64,000 nucleotides of DNA. Origin: an uncultured Pseudomonadota bacterium (GTDB lineage: Bacteria; Pseudomonadota; Alphaproteobacteria; RF32; CAG-239). This document shows, one piece after another, positions 63,325 to 64,000 of this stretch (position 1 is its first letter; every line of letters begins with the position of its first letter). The translations under genes were made by a program, and so were the position numbers. Under the pieces are notes generated by a model. The model did no database searches, had not been told where the DNA came from, and saw only the letters and a list, made by a program, of their open reading frames with translations. The stretch lies in assembly GCA_949292335.1 (NCBI GenBank), contig CASEYY010000040.1, positions 4,885-68,884 of the forward strand, in the 5' to 3' direction.

Positions 63325-64000
63325 TTTCAGCCCTCGTGAAATCGTATCGGAATTAGATAAATACATAATCGGTCAAAACGAAGCCAAGAAAGCCGTAGCG
63401 GTTGCTTTACGCAATCGTTGGAGAAGAATGCAGTTGCCCGAAAAGTTGCGTGAAGAGATTGTCCCGAAAAATATTTTAATGATTGGCCCGACCGGCGTCG
63501 GCAAAACCGAAATATCGAGGCGTTTGGCCAAATTGGCTAAAGCCCCCTTTATCAAGGTCGAGGCCACCAAATTCACCGAAATCGGCTATGTCGGCCGCGA
63601 TGTCGAAAGTATTATCAGAGATTTGGTTGAAATTTCATTGGTACAAACCCGCAAAAAGTTGCGTAAAAACGTAAGTGCCAAAGCCGAGGCCTCTGCCGAA
63701 AAAAGACTGATAGAAGCTCTGGTCGGTTCTTCTGCCGGTGAAGATACCAAACAAAAATTTCTGCAAATGTTAAGAGAGCATCAGCTTGATGAACGCGAAG
63801 TAGAAATTTCTTTGCTTGATAATTCCAATTCTTCCATGCCCACGATAGACATTCCGGGCATGCCGGGAGCTTCAATGGGTATGATAAGTTTAGGTGATTT
63901 GTTAGGCGGCAATCCGCAAAAATACAAAACTCGCAAACTTAAAGTTGCCGAAGCTTATAAAGCTCTGATCGATGAGGAATCCGATAAATTGTTGGATAAC
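63317..64000 (+). CDS. hslU: ATP-dependent protease ATPase subunit HslU (N-terminal part; runs off the window)
   Basis: My own translation gives [37 protein letters not shown]...[17 protein letters not shown]. It overlaps the hslV stop and is absent from the track because it is truncated. Confidence 0.9.
   Translation, partial: MSNFSPREIVSELDKYIIGQNEAKKAVAVALRNRWRRMQLPEKLREEIVPKNILMIGPTGVGKTEISRRLAKLAKAPFIKVEATKFTEIGYVGRDVESIIRDLVEISLVQTRKKLRKNVSAKAEASAEKRLIEALVGSSAGEDTKQKFLQMLREHQLDEREVEISLLDNSNSSMPTIDIPGMPGASMGMISLGDLLGGNPQKYKTRKLKVAEAYKALIDEESDKLLDN

Overview
This 64-kb window comes from a low-GC, flagellated Gram-negative bacterium. The gene content (flaF, a sigma54-type promoter ahead of flgF-flgG-flgA-flgH, lolDE, hslVU, and rpmI-rplT-pheST without infC) points to an alphaproteobacterium, and ackA-pta points to a fermentative lifestyle. 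Both are inferences from gene content only.

Positions 1-29807 are the right-hand ~30 kb of an integrated temperate phage; its left end lies outside the window.
- The minus strand carries a podovirus-like late operon: terS, terL, three small paralogous ORFs, portal, scaffold, capsid, adaptor and nozzle-like tail proteins, and internal virion proteins.
- A Rha regulator sits behind two tandem terminators.
- A replication/early module follows (VRR-NUC, MazG-like, loader-like).
- The cro / cI(S24) immunity switch uses TATTC-N7-GAATA operators built into three promoters of the same design.
- A higBA module sits beside cI.
- A rightward early operon encodes a Rad52-like annealing protein, a NinB-like protein, an SSB-tip protein, an LRR protein with six 60-bp repeats, Dcm, and many small ORFs including a DUF2829/Tad2-like one. 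It ends in xis-int.
- The phage ends at a tRNA-3'-half att site that is duplicated 182 bp away.

Positions 29.8-64 kb are host chromosome. In order they carry:
- motAB and nagAB;
- an AT-rich type II R-M cassette and a lipoprotein cassette, each bounded by the same 23-nt hairpin;
- a promoter-to-terminator structured RNA upstream of the lipoprotein gene;
- pheST-rplT-rpmI and lolDE;
- a tandem-duplicated FlaF and flgHAGF;
- tRNA-Gly with a one-gene HExxH islet inserted between the tRNA and its terminator;
- tRNA-Leu, tig, ackA-pta, ndk, rplI-rpsR-rpsF and comM;
- a lipoprotein with a degenerate trypsin-like domain;
- hslVU.

No CRISPR array or rRNA is present. I found no single large unmistakably novel multi-gene system. 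The best candidates for new biology are listed as findings.

All family assignments come from motif recognition and alignment by eye. None was checked against a database.
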